Positions 24,957-33,550 of a DNA stretch of 34,951 bases are shown one piece after another. Made by a program: the position numbers and the translations under genes. Source of the stretch: an uncultured virus (IMG/VR IMGVR_UViG_3300032213_001453) (Duplodnaviria > Heunggongvirae > Uroviricota > Caudoviricetes). The notes beneath the pieces are model-generated. The model searched no databases and had not been told where the DNA came from. It saw only the letters and a program-made list of their open reading frames with translations. Every line of letters starts with the position of its first letter. The first letter of the stretch is position 1. The DNA lies in the IMG/VR virus record IMGVR_UViG_3300032213_001453; one strand, written 5' to 3'.

Positions 24957-25115
24957 ATGGGCGTTAAAGCTCAGTATGTAACTTTGAGATTGGAATTTGA
25001 TTCAGAGTATTCCTCCAAACCTTCCGATTGGAATTGGGATAGTTTGTTGGAAGAAAATGTAATGGTTATTTATGCCGGAGATGTATTCGATCCTAAGGAG
25101 ATTGAACGTGACTAA
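24957..25115 (+). CDS. 52-aa acidic protein, paralog B (not in ORF track)
   Basis: MGVKAQYVTLRLEFDSEYSSKPSDWNWDSLLEENVMVIYAGDVFDPKEIERD; AAGGA SD. Confidence 0.7.
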   Translation: MGVKAQYVTLRLEFDSEYSSKPSDWNWDSLLEENVMVIYAGDVFDPKEIERD

Positions 25116-25323
25116 AACTAAAACTACTACGTATTATGTTGAAATTCCCACTTCTGTAACTATTAAGATGTCTGCTGAAGAATTTGATAGGCTTACTATG
25201 TTTAACTTTGAAGATGTTATTGAGAAGCGACTTCGTGAGCAAGTTCCATTGTTTAATGATCATGTTCATATTCCGGTAGACTTCTTTGATTTCTCTAATT
25301 CTTCCGTTGTGGATAAGTATTGA
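25108..25323 (+). CDS. Hypothetical protein
   Basis: AAGGAG SD before GTG 25108. Confidence 0.6.
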   Translation: MTKTKTTTYYVEIPTSVTIKMSAEEFDRLTMFNFEDVIEKRLREQVPLFNDHVHIPVDFFDFSNSSVVDKY

Positions 25324-25324
25324 T

Positions 25325-25549
25325 ATGGCTACTTTTGCTATTCCAATGTTTATTCATGTAGAAGTGGATGATGAAAAAATCAATGCGATTAGTGAAGATA
25401 TTGTTTTTAACAATGAGCTTTTTGATTTGGCTATTACTAATCTCATCAAAGATGAGCTTCAGTCTTATTGTAAGAATACGCCTAATATGGTTGAGCTTAG
25501 TATCTTTATTAAAGATATTCCCTATGAAGATTATGTCTACGAGGATTGA
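25325..25549 (+). CDS. Hypothetical acidic protein
   Basis: ATG one base after the previous stop. Confidence 0.6.
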   Translation: MATFAIPMFIHVEVDDEKINAISEDIVFNNELFDLAITNLIKDELQSYCKNTPNMVELSIFIKDIPYEDYVYED

Positions 25550-25552
25550 GTT

Positions 25553-25924
25553 ATGACTGAAAAATTGATTGGTTATATCGGAGTTGATTCGGGTCAGATG
25601 ATGTTGTGTGATCCTTGTTATATCGATAGCATTTGGGAAAAGACAGAACCAGATTTTAATAATCTTGTAGATTATGAATCTCAGTTTAATTATGGTGGAG
25701 CAGCACACGCAACTCTTTCAGATAAGAACTCCGGTATTCTTATGGATGGAGTTGGTGCTGTTTGTTCTACTGGATGGGGTGATGGTTCATATCCTGTTTA
25801 TGTTACTTATGAAGGTAATCGTATTAGCCAAATGCGTATTGAATTTATTTCCGACAAGGAAGAATGTTTTTATTGCTGTCACATTGATTGTGACGGGGAA
25901 TGTCAAGAAGATGAAGATATCTGA
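25553..25924 (+). CDS. DUF4241-like protein
   Basis: IGVDSGQMMLCDP...STGWGDGSYPVY motifs; Cys/acidic tail. Confidence 0.7.
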   Translation: MTEKLIGYIGVDSGQMMLCDPCYIDSIWEKTEPDFNNLVDYESQFNYGGAAHATLSDKNSGILMDGVGAVCSTGWGDGSYPVYVTYEGNRISQMRIEFISDKEECFYCCHIDCDGECQEDEDI

Positions 25925-25930
25925 TATACT
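25922..25930 (+). promoter_or_regulatory. Extended -10 promoter, probably leaderless
   Basis: TGa-TATACT followed 6 nt later by ATG 25937, with no SD. Confidence 0.55.
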
Positions 25931-25936
25931 GTCACT

Positions 25937-26164
25937 ATGAATTTTAAACCGTTTACTCTTTATGAGTTTTATCTTGAAGGTAACTCAGTCCCGCAAACTG
26001 GGGTTGTAACTGATGTTCAGGGAGATAAGATTTTGATGAAAATTGAGCATGGAGATCGTCATGGAGATTTAGTATTTGTAAATGCCTCCGATATTGTTGA
26101 TGATTCTTTTGACAGATACGATACAGCCGACGAAAAGCTTTATGCTTGGTATGATGGAGAATGA
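25937..26164 (+). CDS. Hypothetical protein (possible small beta-barrel)
   Basis: TGVVTDVQGDKILMKI...VFV pattern. Confidence 0.65.
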   Translation: MNFKPFTLYEFYLEGNSVPQTGVVTDVQGDKILMKIEHGDRHGDLVFVNASDIVDDSFDRYDTADEKLYAWYDGE

Positions 26165-26165
26165 T

Positions 26166-26387
26166 ATGAAACTAATTGCTCCACTTACCGCTATTGCTAT
26201 TCTAGTGTTTTTCTTTTTTATATCCATTGTGATTAGTGGTCTTGCTATTAGTACCGCTAATTCTTGGGTTTTGGGTGGCAACTTTTCTGATGCTTGGTCT
26301 ATTGTTTGGCAGAAGAAGCTGGTTGTTTTTGGTTGGAGTCTGTTGTTCTTTTCTCTGCCTGCACTTTCGAGAAATGTTAAGAAGTAA
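26166..26387 (+). CDS. Small membrane protein
   Basis: GGAG SD before ATG 26166; two hydrophobic segments. Confidence 0.65.
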   Translation: MKLIAPLTAIAILVFFFFISIVISGLAISTANSWVLGGNFSDAWSIVWQKKLVVFGWSLLFFSLPALSRNVKK

Positions 26388-26425
26388 GTTTTTTTGTATT
26401 TCAAGTTTTCCACATACTAAAGACG

Positions 26426-26576
26426 AGCCTAATTAGCAACCTAAATTGCTGGCCGCAATTATTCGGCAATTTATTCATCCACCGATATCGAACCGATTCC
26501 GAAAACTTAATCGCCACATTTGACTCAGACAGGTTACTCCGACTAAATTGGTGCTATCAAAGCAACACAGTTAATC
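26426..26576 (+). repeat. Conserved intergenic element, copy 2, containing a promoter
   Basis: Shares four blocks with 21398-21564; TTGACT(26520)-N18-TAAATT(26544). Confidence 0.8.
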
Positions 26577-26588
26577 AATCGGAAAGAG

Positions 26589-26837
26589 ATGAATGTTATG
26601 CGACAAGTAAATGTAGATAACTTTATTGAAGGTATCGATAATATTAGTCTTTCGTATAATCATGAAACTAGGAACTTTGATTTCCTAATTGGAAAGACTG
26701 TTCGTGGTAGAAATATGTTTAAGATTGGAGTGATAGTTTCTATTGATTATTACAAAGATTACTATGGACATAGCAATGTTGTTGCTGTATTGGATAATGG
26801 CCGGAGAATGAATTGCAGAAAGATGGGGCTTAAGTAA
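26589..26837 (+). CDS. Hypothetical protein
   Basis: First ORF after element copy 2. Confidence 0.65.
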   Translation: MNVMRQVNVDNFIEGIDNISLSYNHETRNFDFLIGKTVRGRNMFKIGVIVSIDYYKDYYGHSNVVAVLDNGRRMNCRKMGLK

Positions 26838-27052
26838 TGACTGATATTGATTTGAGTATGCCTATTATTTGTGAGCGAGATACTTACAAAGGTGAGGCTT
26901 ATTGTATTGATTGCTTTAGTCCTAGAGCAAAGCGATTCTTTTATTTCTACAATAGTCATGGTCCGTTTTGTTCTAAGAAGTGTTATGCGAATTTTATTTG
27001 TGTAGATTATGAATTGCTCCCTAAACTAGACTTTCGAGGTTCAATTAGATGA
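26837..27052 (+). CDS. Cys-rich zinc-finger-like protein
   Basis: CIDC...FCSKKC; TAATG coupling. Confidence 0.65.
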   Translation: MTDIDLSMPIICERDTYKGEAYCIDCFSPRAKRFFYFYNSHGPFCSKKCYANFICVDYELLPKLDFRGSIR

Positions 27053-27291
27053 CTATTTCTTATGATCGTGTGTGTGATGTGTTTGATTCTAAGAATGTAG
27101 AAAGTATTGCATTCTGTTTTAAAGAAAAAGTTATGCTTGTAGTTTTCAAGACTTCTGCTTCTTATCGTTATTACAATGTTCCTGATCATATCTTTGGCGC
27201 AATTCTTGCTTCCAAGAATATTGGTTCAACATTGCATCATCTTGTTTCGAAAGATCCTTCTACTTTTCCTTATGAGAAAGTTGGTGAGTAA
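27049..27291 (+). CDS. KTSC-domain protein
   Basis: SKNVESIAF......LVVFK....YRYYNVP..IF..IL.SK.IG pattern. Confidence 0.8.
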   Translation: MTISYDRVCDVFDSKNVESIAFCFKEKVMLVVFKTSASYRYYNVPDHIFGAILASKNIGSTLHHLVSKDPSTFPYEKVGE

Positions 27292-27683
27292 TGAATAGCT
27301 CAAAGTTTATTGCTGAGATTCAACTTATGTATCCAGATATTGAGTGGAATAAGTTCTTTGACGCAGATCGTGCTTTAAATTGGGAACTTTGGCATGGTGT
27401 TTTGCCTGAGGGTTATTGGACAGAAGCAGAGCCACTTGAATTTTATGAGTGGAAAGATTGGGAGAAAGCTCAAACAGATATCATTGAGATTCTTTCAGAT
27501 CTTCCGGCATTTGTTTATTATGAATGTGACACTGATTGTATTCTTCTTTCTAATCCCGAAGATGATGAAGCAAATTGGTATGAAGATATGTATGGTAATT
27601 GGGAATGGTGTGGATATGATTATGAGAAAGTTGATCCACGCAAAGTTGTTATGCATGATGAATCCTATAAGCAAATCTTTTGA
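27291..27683 (+). CDS. Acidic Trp-rich hypothetical protein
   Basis: TAATG coupling; 130 aa. Confidence 0.7.
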   Translation: MNSSKFIAEIQLMYPDIEWNKFFDADRALNWELWHGVLPEGYWTEAEPLEFYEWKDWEKAQTDIIEILSDLPAFVYYECDTDCILLSNPEDDEANWYEDMYGNWEWCGYDYEKVDPRKVVMHDESYKQIF

Positions 27684-27943
27684 TTGGAGATATTGTGGAA
27701 ACTAATATTGAAGTTGTTGTTGATATCCCAGATTGGTTGACTTGTCTTACTCTTAATGAGTTGGAAAGTATTGAGACTATTGAGATAGGTCATACTGATG
27801 ATCTTAAAATTAATGACAATGGTTTTAAAGTTTGGCTTTGCCGTTGTGATACTTATGATGGTATGCCATATGATAATGCTGTAACTATTGAGAAGTATAT
27901 TGAGAATCGTTGGGTTGAAGTTCTAATGTATGAGGCTAACTGA
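27680..27943 (+). CDS. Hypothetical protein
   Basis: TTGA overlap; GHTDDLKI...VWLCRC..DG PY..VTIE motif. Confidence 0.65.
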   Translation: MIGDIVETNIEVVVDIPDWLTCLTLNELESIETIEIGHTDDLKINDNGFKVWLCRCDTYDGMPYDNAVTIEKYIENRWVEVLMYEAN

Positions 27944-27956
27944 AAGGTATAATGAT

Positions 27957-28355
27957 ATGTCATTGAATTGGAATCTCACTAATATTAAGAATTACGAAGA
28001 GCTTTGTTGGCAGAAGAATGAAGACGATACTGTTAAACTTAATGTTGTTACAGAGTCTTTGATCTTTATCGGTATGGCTATCGGTATTGGAAAGATTACT
28101 GAAGATAATGCTTCTGAAGTATTCGGACGTATTTCTATGTATGAGAAGTTGTTTGGTGCAACTATGTGTGTCTTTAATGATAAGGGTAAGGAACAAGTTT
28201 TCATTACTCCTGAGGATGTTAATGCTCATATTGGTTTGTCTACAAATGTGAGTAAAGAAACAGAAGCATCTTTTCGTAAGCGTATGACAGATAATTTTAT
28301 GCGTGACAAGAAGCGTCAGTTTGAGTATGCAGTTAAGTCTGAAGAAAGTGAGTAG
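27957..28355 (+). CDS. Hypothetical phage protein
   Basis: GAAAGGT SD before ATG 27957; HIGLSTNV motif. Confidence 0.7.
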   Translation: MSLNWNLTNIKNYEELCWQKNEDDTVKLNVVTESLIFIGMAIGIGKITEDNASEVFGRISMYEKLFGATMCVFNDKGKEQVFITPEDVNAHIGLSTNVSKETEASFRKRMTDNFMRDKKRQFEYAVKSEESE

Positions 28356-28518
28356 AGGTATGTTGCAGTTTCCTTTTGATTATATTGCAGATATTGATAA
28401 GCAGAATGAGAGTAATAATGAGTCTCTGCTTGTCGGTATGATGTATTTACATTCTGCTCTTGAAACTCTTTCTGAGCAGATTACAGAGTTGATTGCGAGA
28501 GTTAGGGAGATTGGGTAA
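28348..28518 (+). CDS. Small hypothetical protein (start 28348 or 28360)
   Basis: Fills the gap; TAATG-coupled to the next gene. Confidence 0.5.
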   Translation: MSRGMLQFPFDYIADIDKQNESNNESLLVGMMYLHSALETLSEQITELIARVREIG

Positions 28519-28736
28519 TGGAAGATTACATTCAGTTTGAGCCGGAAGTATTAGATAATAATGTGTCTATTAGTATTGATACTTCTTTGAGAAATGTTCT
28601 TACTTTGCTTAGCCTTCTTCGTTTCGATAACGCTTTGAATGAGGATACAGATTCCGATCTTGTTTATCTGTATTCAGATATCTTTGATCAAGTTAAGATT
28701 TATGGAACTTCTATCAATGGAGATGATAATGAGTGA
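28518..28736 (+). CDS. Acidic hypothetical protein
   Basis: AGGGAG SD; TAATG coupling. Confidence 0.6.
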   Translation: MEDYIQFEPEVLDNNVSISIDTSLRNVLTLLSLLRFDNALNEDTDSDLVYLYSDIFDQVKIYGTSINGDDNE

Positions 28737-29463
28737 GTATGTTGATCTTGCAAAGCAATCCCTAAAGCATCCTAGTGATTTTGGCTGGTTTGGTTTCGAA
28801 GAGATGTTTGTTACTTGGGGTTTTGCTGGGATTAATAAGGACGCTAGAGATAACATTGCTGATATTTCTAATTGGCATTGCACTATCGAAGAAATGAAGC
28901 GTCTTTTTCCAGATACTTATGATGAGTGTTTTTATGAAGTTGGTCTAAAGCATTGGCTTGTTGGTCATGCTGATCAACTTTGTGTTAAAGTTTTGAAGTC
29001 TGAGATTCCTCATTCTTTGATTACTGACGAAGATATTACTGATGAGTTCAAGGCTGTTGTTGATATTGCGACTTATCTTGCGTATGAGTATCCTATTCTT
29101 GATGATTCAGATTATTCTGAACGTCAATGGGCTGCGACTAATGCTGATATCGAAGATATGGCTAATTGTTCTTGGGTTCCTTTTGGACAGAAGTGTATTG
29201 TCGAAGATGGGTTCGGAGAGACAATTCAGTCTTGGTTGTTGAATAATGATTGTTATGAGGCTGGTCATCATGATGATGGTACTCCTTATTTTGATGAGAA
29301 AGATATGATCGAAGCCATTTACGATTGTTGGTTAGATGATCGTGAAGATGAAGATTCAAATATCTTTTGGTCTGAATGGGAAGAAGCAAATATTAGTGCT
29401 AAGAGTCGTCGTATTAATCGACGTAATGAAGAGAATGGTCAATTGACATTGGAGCTTGCATGA
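28729..29463 (+). CDS. Acidic hypothetical phage protein
   Basis: GGAG SD before ATG 28729; HWLVGH...YPILDDSDYSE motif. Confidence 0.75.
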   Translation: MSEYVDLAKQSLKHPSDFGWFGFEEMFVTWGFAGINKDARDNIADISNWHCTIEEMKRLFPDTYDECFYEVGLKHWLVGHADQLCVKVLKSEIPHSLITDEDITDEFKAVVDIATYLAYEYPILDDSDYSERQWAATNADIEDMANCSWVPFGQKCIVEDGFGETIQSWLLNNDCYEAGHHDDGTPYFDEKDMIEAIYDCWLDDREDEDSNIFWSEWEEANISAKSRRINRRNEENGQLTLELA

Positions 29464-29696
29464 GTATTACAGAAGTAGTTCCGCATATTGTTGAAGATAT
29501 TAATGAGAACCTAGATTTCGAGGAACCTAAGGTTGCTCATATTGTGTCTAAAGATGAAGTTATGAATGGCTATATCAATGGGGTTGAAGTTGTTGCTCTT
29601 TGTGGCCATCGTTTTATTCCTACTAGAGATCCAAATAAGTTTCCTAATTGTGAATCGTGCAAAGATATGCTTCAGCATATGATCGGAGATTTGTGA
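29460..29696 (+). CDS. DUF3039-like zinc-binding protein
   Basis: AHIV.K..V....ING..VVALCG..FIP.RDP.KFP.C..CK matches the actinobacterial DUF3039 pattern. Confidence 0.75.
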   Translation: MSITEVVPHIVEDINENLDFEEPKVAHIVSKDEVMNGYINGVEVVALCGHRFIPTRDPNKFPNCESCKDMLQHMIGDL

Positions 29697-30148
29697 ATTC
29701 AAAAGATTATCGACAAGAGCTTAAGTCTTTTATTGAGAGTGGGCGTGATAATGATCATCGTAGAATCTCTCACGCTACTTATGCGATAAAGACTGAAGAT
29801 ATGTTTGGCCAAGAAATTTATGGTATTCAGTATCATAAGACTGTTGTGTTTGGTATTCGTGATGACGGCGAGTATTTCTTTAACAATGGTGGTTATCTTA
29901 CTGTTACAACTAAGAAGCGTATCAATGACGCTCTGAAGAAGTGTGGGGTTGGAGATTCTATTTACCAGAAGAATAAGGTTTGGCATCTAGGTACATATAG
30001 ATTTGAACTTAATGCCCGGCTTTTGTTTAATCCCGATAATAGTGTTATTGAGGATTGTGATATTGTCGATTTTTGGTGTCAGCCTAATATCGAAGTTATT
30101 AAGAAGATTGATAAGTTGCCAAAATTTAATCATTTGCTGGAGGACTAA
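29693..30148 (+). CDS. Hypothetical phage protein
   Basis: GGAG SD and GTGA overlap; YHKTVV...GGYLTVTTKKRIN motif. Confidence 0.7.
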   Translation: MNSKDYRQELKSFIESGRDNDHRRISHATYAIKTEDMFGQEIYGIQYHKTVVFGIRDDGEYFFNNGGYLTVTTKKRINDALKKCGVGDSIYQKNKVWHLGTYRFELNARLLFNPDNSVIEDCDIVDFWCQPNIEVIKKIDKLPKFNHLLED

Positions 30149-30327
30149 TGCGAAGCAAAGAGAATTCATATTATGTAGTTGTTAGAAAATCTTGTGATGT
30201 TACTTACAAGGTATCTGCTTATTCATTTCAGCAAGCTTCAGTTATTTGGGAGCAAGAAGGTGATGAGCAAGATATTGATCCAATCAGTCCTATTGTTATT
30301 AGTATTAGCTTAGATGAGGAATCATGA
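30148..30327 (+). CDS. 59-aa hypothetical protein (not in ORF track)
   Basis: GGAGG SD; TAATG and ATGA coupling; YYVVVRKSCDVTYKVSAYSFQQA. Confidence 0.65.
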   Translation: MRSKENSYYVVVRKSCDVTYKVSAYSFQQASVIWEQEGDEQDIDPISPIVISISLDEES

Positions 30328-30563
30328 CTAAAGTTAGCTTTATTGTTCCAAAGTATAATGATGAGTTGGCTCAGACTTTAACTAATCTTTATGATGAAGG
30401 TGGTCAATCTGCTATTTATGATTATGTGAATGAGCATTATCCAAATTGGGATTGGGATTTTTGTGAGCCTTGTGATTGCGATTCTCCTGTCTATAAGTAT
30501 GAATCTTACCGTATTTGTGCAGTTTGTTTCTCAGATTTCGACTTCGGAAAGGTTGCTAAGTAA
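30324..30563 (+). CDS. Zinc-ribbon hypothetical protein
   Basis: CEPC...CAVC. Confidence 0.65.
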   Translation: MTKVSFIVPKYNDELAQTLTNLYDEGGQSAIYDYVNEHYPNWDWDFCEPCDCDSPVYKYESYRICAVCFSDFDFGKVAK

Positions 30564-30922
30564 TGGGTGCTGTTGATTTTTATTGTTCCGTTGATATTGA
30601 AACTGTAAGTGAAGCTTTTCAATCTGCTGTTGATGATGCTTTTTATTGGCATGGTCATTCAGGATATAGTGGAACTATTTGTGAAAAGCCCGGATATATT
30701 GTTTTAGATTTTGGCAAAAAGTTGTCTCTTGCTGAAGCGGAAGAAGTTGGACAAGAACTTAATATGTCTTGGCAAGTTTCGACTCCTAGATTGATTGAAT
30801 TAATTGGTAGTGAGGAAAGAGCAACAAAATTTGCAAATATCTTCAATGATAAGTGGAATGAAGCTATTGCTATCGAATTGATTGGTAATAGTTGGTATTT
30901 TTGTGGTTTAGCATCCGAGTAA
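30563..30922 (+). CDS. Hypothetical phage protein
   Basis: MGA..F...EAF..AV..A...HGH.GYSGTI.EK...DKW..A...WYF.G.A motif. Confidence 0.75.
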   Translation: MGAVDFYCSVDIETVSEAFQSAVDDAFYWHGHSGYSGTICEKPGYIVLDFGKKLSLAEAEEVGQELNMSWQVSTPRLIELIGSEERATKFANIFNDKWNEAIAIELIGNSWYFCGLASE

Positions 30923-30950
30923 TTAACTAACAATAGATAAGGAAAATAAA

Positions 30951-31397
30951 ATGACTTTTGAAGCTACTATCCGTTTTGATGATGATGATATGAATGAGAC
31001 TATTTCTCGAATTGTCAAAGAAGCAATCTTCGAGAATTCTTCTTTCGCTTCAGATATTGCTGAAGAGATTGACAAAGATGAAGTTGCTCAACTTGTTGCT
31101 GACAATACTGATTGGGATTCTATCTCTGATGCTCTTTACGAGAATATCCGGGAAAATAATCTTGATGATATTGCTGAGCATCTTTCTTCTGATCTGTCTG
31201 ACTTTATGATGGAGAGTGAAGAGTTCGGTAATATTGTTGAGATGAAGGTCAAGAATTCTATTGACGAAACTCTGCTGAATCGTGTTGAGGAAATGAGTAA
31301 GACTATTAATAGTCAGGCTATTGCTATTTCGCAATTGACTAAGACTATCGATTCAATGCAGAGCAAGAAGTTTTGGAAGAAGTTGGTGAAGAAGTAA
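30951..31397 (+). CDS. Very acidic helical protein with a coiled coil and basic amphipathic tail
   Basis: AAGGA SD; D/E-rich body; ends KKFWKKLVKK. Confidence 0.75.
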   Translation: MTFEATIRFDDDDMNETISRIVKEAIFENSSFASDIAEEIDKDEVAQLVADNTDWDSISDALYENIRENNLDDIAEHLSSDLSDFMMESEEFGNIVEMKVKNSIDETLLNRVEEMSKTINSQAIAISQLTKTIDSMQSKKFWKKLVKK

Positions 31398-31399
31398 TT

Positions 31400-31759
31400 A
31401 TGGGTGCCGACTATATTTATACATATGTGGATACTGGTAGCGATCTTGCTACCTTTATCCACGATATTAGGTTCTTTGTCAATAACACTTCTGATGAAGT
31501 TATTGAGAAGCTTATGCATATTATTTATGATGATAATTATGATTATGAAGATGATAATCCTAGAGTAATTTTATTCAATCTTGTTGAAGCCTTCGAAGAA
31601 GTGTGTAATTATGCGAATGATATTGCGTTTCTGAAGGTGAAAGATTCTGCAGTAGTGTTTACTGGTGGGTTTTCGTGGGGAGATAGTCCTACGGATTCTT
31701 TTGATATTGTTATGTCTGTCAAGGAAATCACTATAGAAATGAGTAACTACAATGGATAA
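31400..31759 (+). CDS. Acidic hypothetical protein
   Basis: MGAD...TGGFSWGDSPTD motif. Confidence 0.7.
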   Translation: MGADYIYTYVDTGSDLATFIHDIRFFVNNTSDEVIEKLMHIIYDDNYDYEDDNPRVILFNLVEAFEEVCNYANDIAFLKVKDSAVVFTGGFSWGDSPTDSFDIVMSVKEITIEMSNYNG

Positions 31760-32135
31760 GGTTATTTACCCAGAAGATATTTACAAGATGATTGAGTTGC
31801 TTCCTGATGAACGTCAGAATCCAATGGAGGGTGAGGAATCAGATACTTGTGTATATACAAGTGAAGATGGAGAGCATTGTATTGCGGGTCAGATTCTGAC
31901 TATGCTTGGTCTTAAGGTTCCTGATTTCGAAGATTACAATAATGTTAGCCCTGTTCATCAGTTTATTTCTGAGGCTTATGAGCGTAAGTTTGATGAAGAT
32001 GCTATTGAGATGCTTCAGATTGGTCAAAACACTGCTGATAGTCTTACTCATATTGATGATCCTTTGGCTTGGGGTAATGCTAAAAAAGATATGATTGACT
32101 TCTATAACCGACAAATTTCTAAGGAGAATGAATAA
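31752..32135 (+). CDS. Hypothetical protein, tandem paralog 1
   Basis: DIYKMIELLPDE.QN...CVYT..DGEHCIAG; similar to the next ORF. Confidence 0.8.
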   Translation: MDKVIYPEDIYKMIELLPDERQNPMEGEESDTCVYTSEDGEHCIAGQILTMLGLKVPDFEDYNNVSPVHQFISEAYERKFDEDAIEMLQIGQNTADSLTHIDDPLAWGNAKKDMIDFYNRQISKENE

Positions 32136-32536
32136 TGGGTAAGATTATCTATATGGATGATATCTATAAGATGATTGAGTTGCTACCTGATGAGAAACAG
32201 AATGCAACAACAGAAGAAGGTGAATGTATTTATACGAATATCGATGGCGATCATTGTATTGCTGGGGAAATTATTCGTATGTTGGGATTTGATCTTCCTG
32301 ATGTAGATGATTATGATAATCGTCTTCCTGTTAGGACATTGCTTGATGTTCGTTATGAAGGTAAGTTTGATGAAGAGGCTGCTTTAATGCTTGCTGTTGG
32401 TCAAAGCACTGCTGATAAACTTACTCATAATGAAGATCGTCTTGCTTGGTGTTTCGCTAAGCGAGATATGATTAATTACTTTCGCAAGACTAGGAAAGTA
32501 GAAATTGATCAGCGTAATCTTCAAGCGGGGCATTGA
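32135..32536 (+). CDS. Hypothetical protein, tandem paralog 2
   Basis: DIYKMIELLPDE.QN...CIYT..DGDHCIAG; AAGGAG SD. Confidence 0.8.
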   Translation: MGKIIYMDDIYKMIELLPDEKQNATTEEGECIYTNIDGDHCIAGEIIRMLGFDLPDVDDYDNRLPVRTLLDVRYEGKFDEEAALMLAVGQSTADKLTHNEDRLAWCFAKRDMINYFRKTRKVEIDQRNLQAGH

Positions 32537-32769
32537 TGAATAAGTATGCTGTAGATGTTGTTCGCTCTGATTCTGTGACTATTGTAGTTGAGGCAGAAAA
32601 TGAGAATGATGCTATTGTTAAGGCTGGGGAGATTGCTTGGAATATCTCTAGTAGCGAATGGTCTAATTGTGATGACTACGAGATTGACATTTACGATGAG
32701 TTGAATGAACTAATTAGGTTGGGCTACACAGTTTCATATAGAGATGGAGTGGGGTTTTTGACGGTATGA
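32536..32769 (+). CDS. Small acidic protein (DpnD/PcfM-like pattern)
   Basis: MNKYAVDV.......VVEAENENDAI.KA. Confidence 0.65.
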   Translation: MNKYAVDVVRSDSVTIVVEAENENDAIVKAGEIAWNISSSEWSNCDDYEIDIYDELNELIRLGYTVSYRDGVGFLTV

Positions 32770-32948
32770 ATAAGTATGAAGTAACATATCAGGAGATTAG
32801 TGAGGCCAAGATTATTCTTGAGGCTAGGGATGAAGAGCATCTTGCTGATTTGATGGAAATTAGTGAGTTTGATCTTAAGTGGAAGAGTATTGGTTTCTAT
32901 TCGGAATATGATTTGATTGAGATTGATGAGGAGGATGAAGATGCCTAA
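32766..32948 (+). CDS. Small acidic protein (DpnD/PcfM-like pattern)
   Basis: MNKYEVTY.E.....ILEARDEE; ATGA overlap. Confidence 0.6.
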   Translation: MNKYEVTYQEISEAKIILEARDEEHLADLMEISEFDLKWKSIGFYSEYDLIEIDEEDEDA

Positions 32949-33195
32949 GTGGGGAGAATATGATAAGGTTGAGCCAACACCTGATGTTGAAGGTAATTGG
33001 GTTATCTTTAGTATGAAGTTTAACGGTGACAAGACTTATATTCTCAACAAGAATATTGATAGGAGTATTGAGGAGACTTTGGCTGGTGCCATTAGTTCTA
33101 ATCATAATCCACATCCTAGACTTATCACTATTTCTTATAGTGATGGTAGTGAGACTGTTCTTCGTTATGTTGAACAGGTGCCAGTCACGATTTAG
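32941..33195 (+). CDS. Hypothetical protein
   Basis: GAGGAGG SD before ATG 32941. Confidence 0.65.
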   Translation: MPKWGEYDKVEPTPDVEGNWVIFSMKFNGDKTYILNKNIDRSIEETLAGAISSNHNPHPRLITISYSDGSETVLRYVEQVPVTI

Positions 33196-33212
33196 AGTAA
33201 GGAGTAACTTTG

Positions 33213-33371
33213 ATGTTGTTGTCTAATATTCCTGATGGCGGGTATGATCCTGCTGATATTCCTGATGATGATGAGGTTGAGGATTGTGATGATTTTGATG
33301 AGCCGACTTATGTTGAGGATTCTGATTGGGAAGATCGTACAGAGAGATTTTGGTATCCGGGTCCAAAGTGA
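33213..33371 (+). CDS. 52-aa extremely acidic peptide (not in ORF track)
   Basis: AAGGAG SD; MLLSNIPDGGYDPADIPDDDEVEDCDDFDEPTYVEDSDWEDRTERFWYPGPK. Confidence 0.6.
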   Translation: MLLSNIPDGGYDPADIPDDDEVEDCDDFDEPTYVEDSDWEDRTERFWYPGPK

Positions 33372-33382
33372 GGGGTTGATTT

Positions 33383-33550
33383 ATGTCTGATAAGTTTTCA
33401 ATTGATGAGGTCAATATGCTTATTGATATTATGTTTGAACATTCTAGGAGTCTTGATGAGATTGGCTTTGAGGATGATGATTATTTGAAGATGCTTGAGT
33501 GTGTTTGGTTTAAGCTTATCAAGATTCAAGGGGAGATTGAAAATGGTTAA
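33383..33550 (+). CDS. 55-aa hypothetical protein (not in ORF track)
   Basis: GAGGGG SD; MSDKFSIDEVNMLIDIMFEH... Confidence 0.6.
   Translation: MSDKFSIDEVNMLIDIMFEHSRSLDEIGFEDDDYLKMLECVWFKLIKIQGEIENG

Noticed and set aside
21398..26576. The two intergenic repeat copies as transposon ends, att sites, CRISPR repeats or a DGR template/variable pair
   Set aside because: No transposase, integrase or reverse transcriptase is present, there are only two copies 5 kb apart, both are non-coding, and the mismatches are not adenine-specific.
87..33414. All minus-strand ORFs in the track (for example 12906..13547, 18224..18835, 7770..8375)
   Set aside because: They are antisense shadows of well-supported + strand genes, with no motifs, no SDs and biased I/L/S/N composition.
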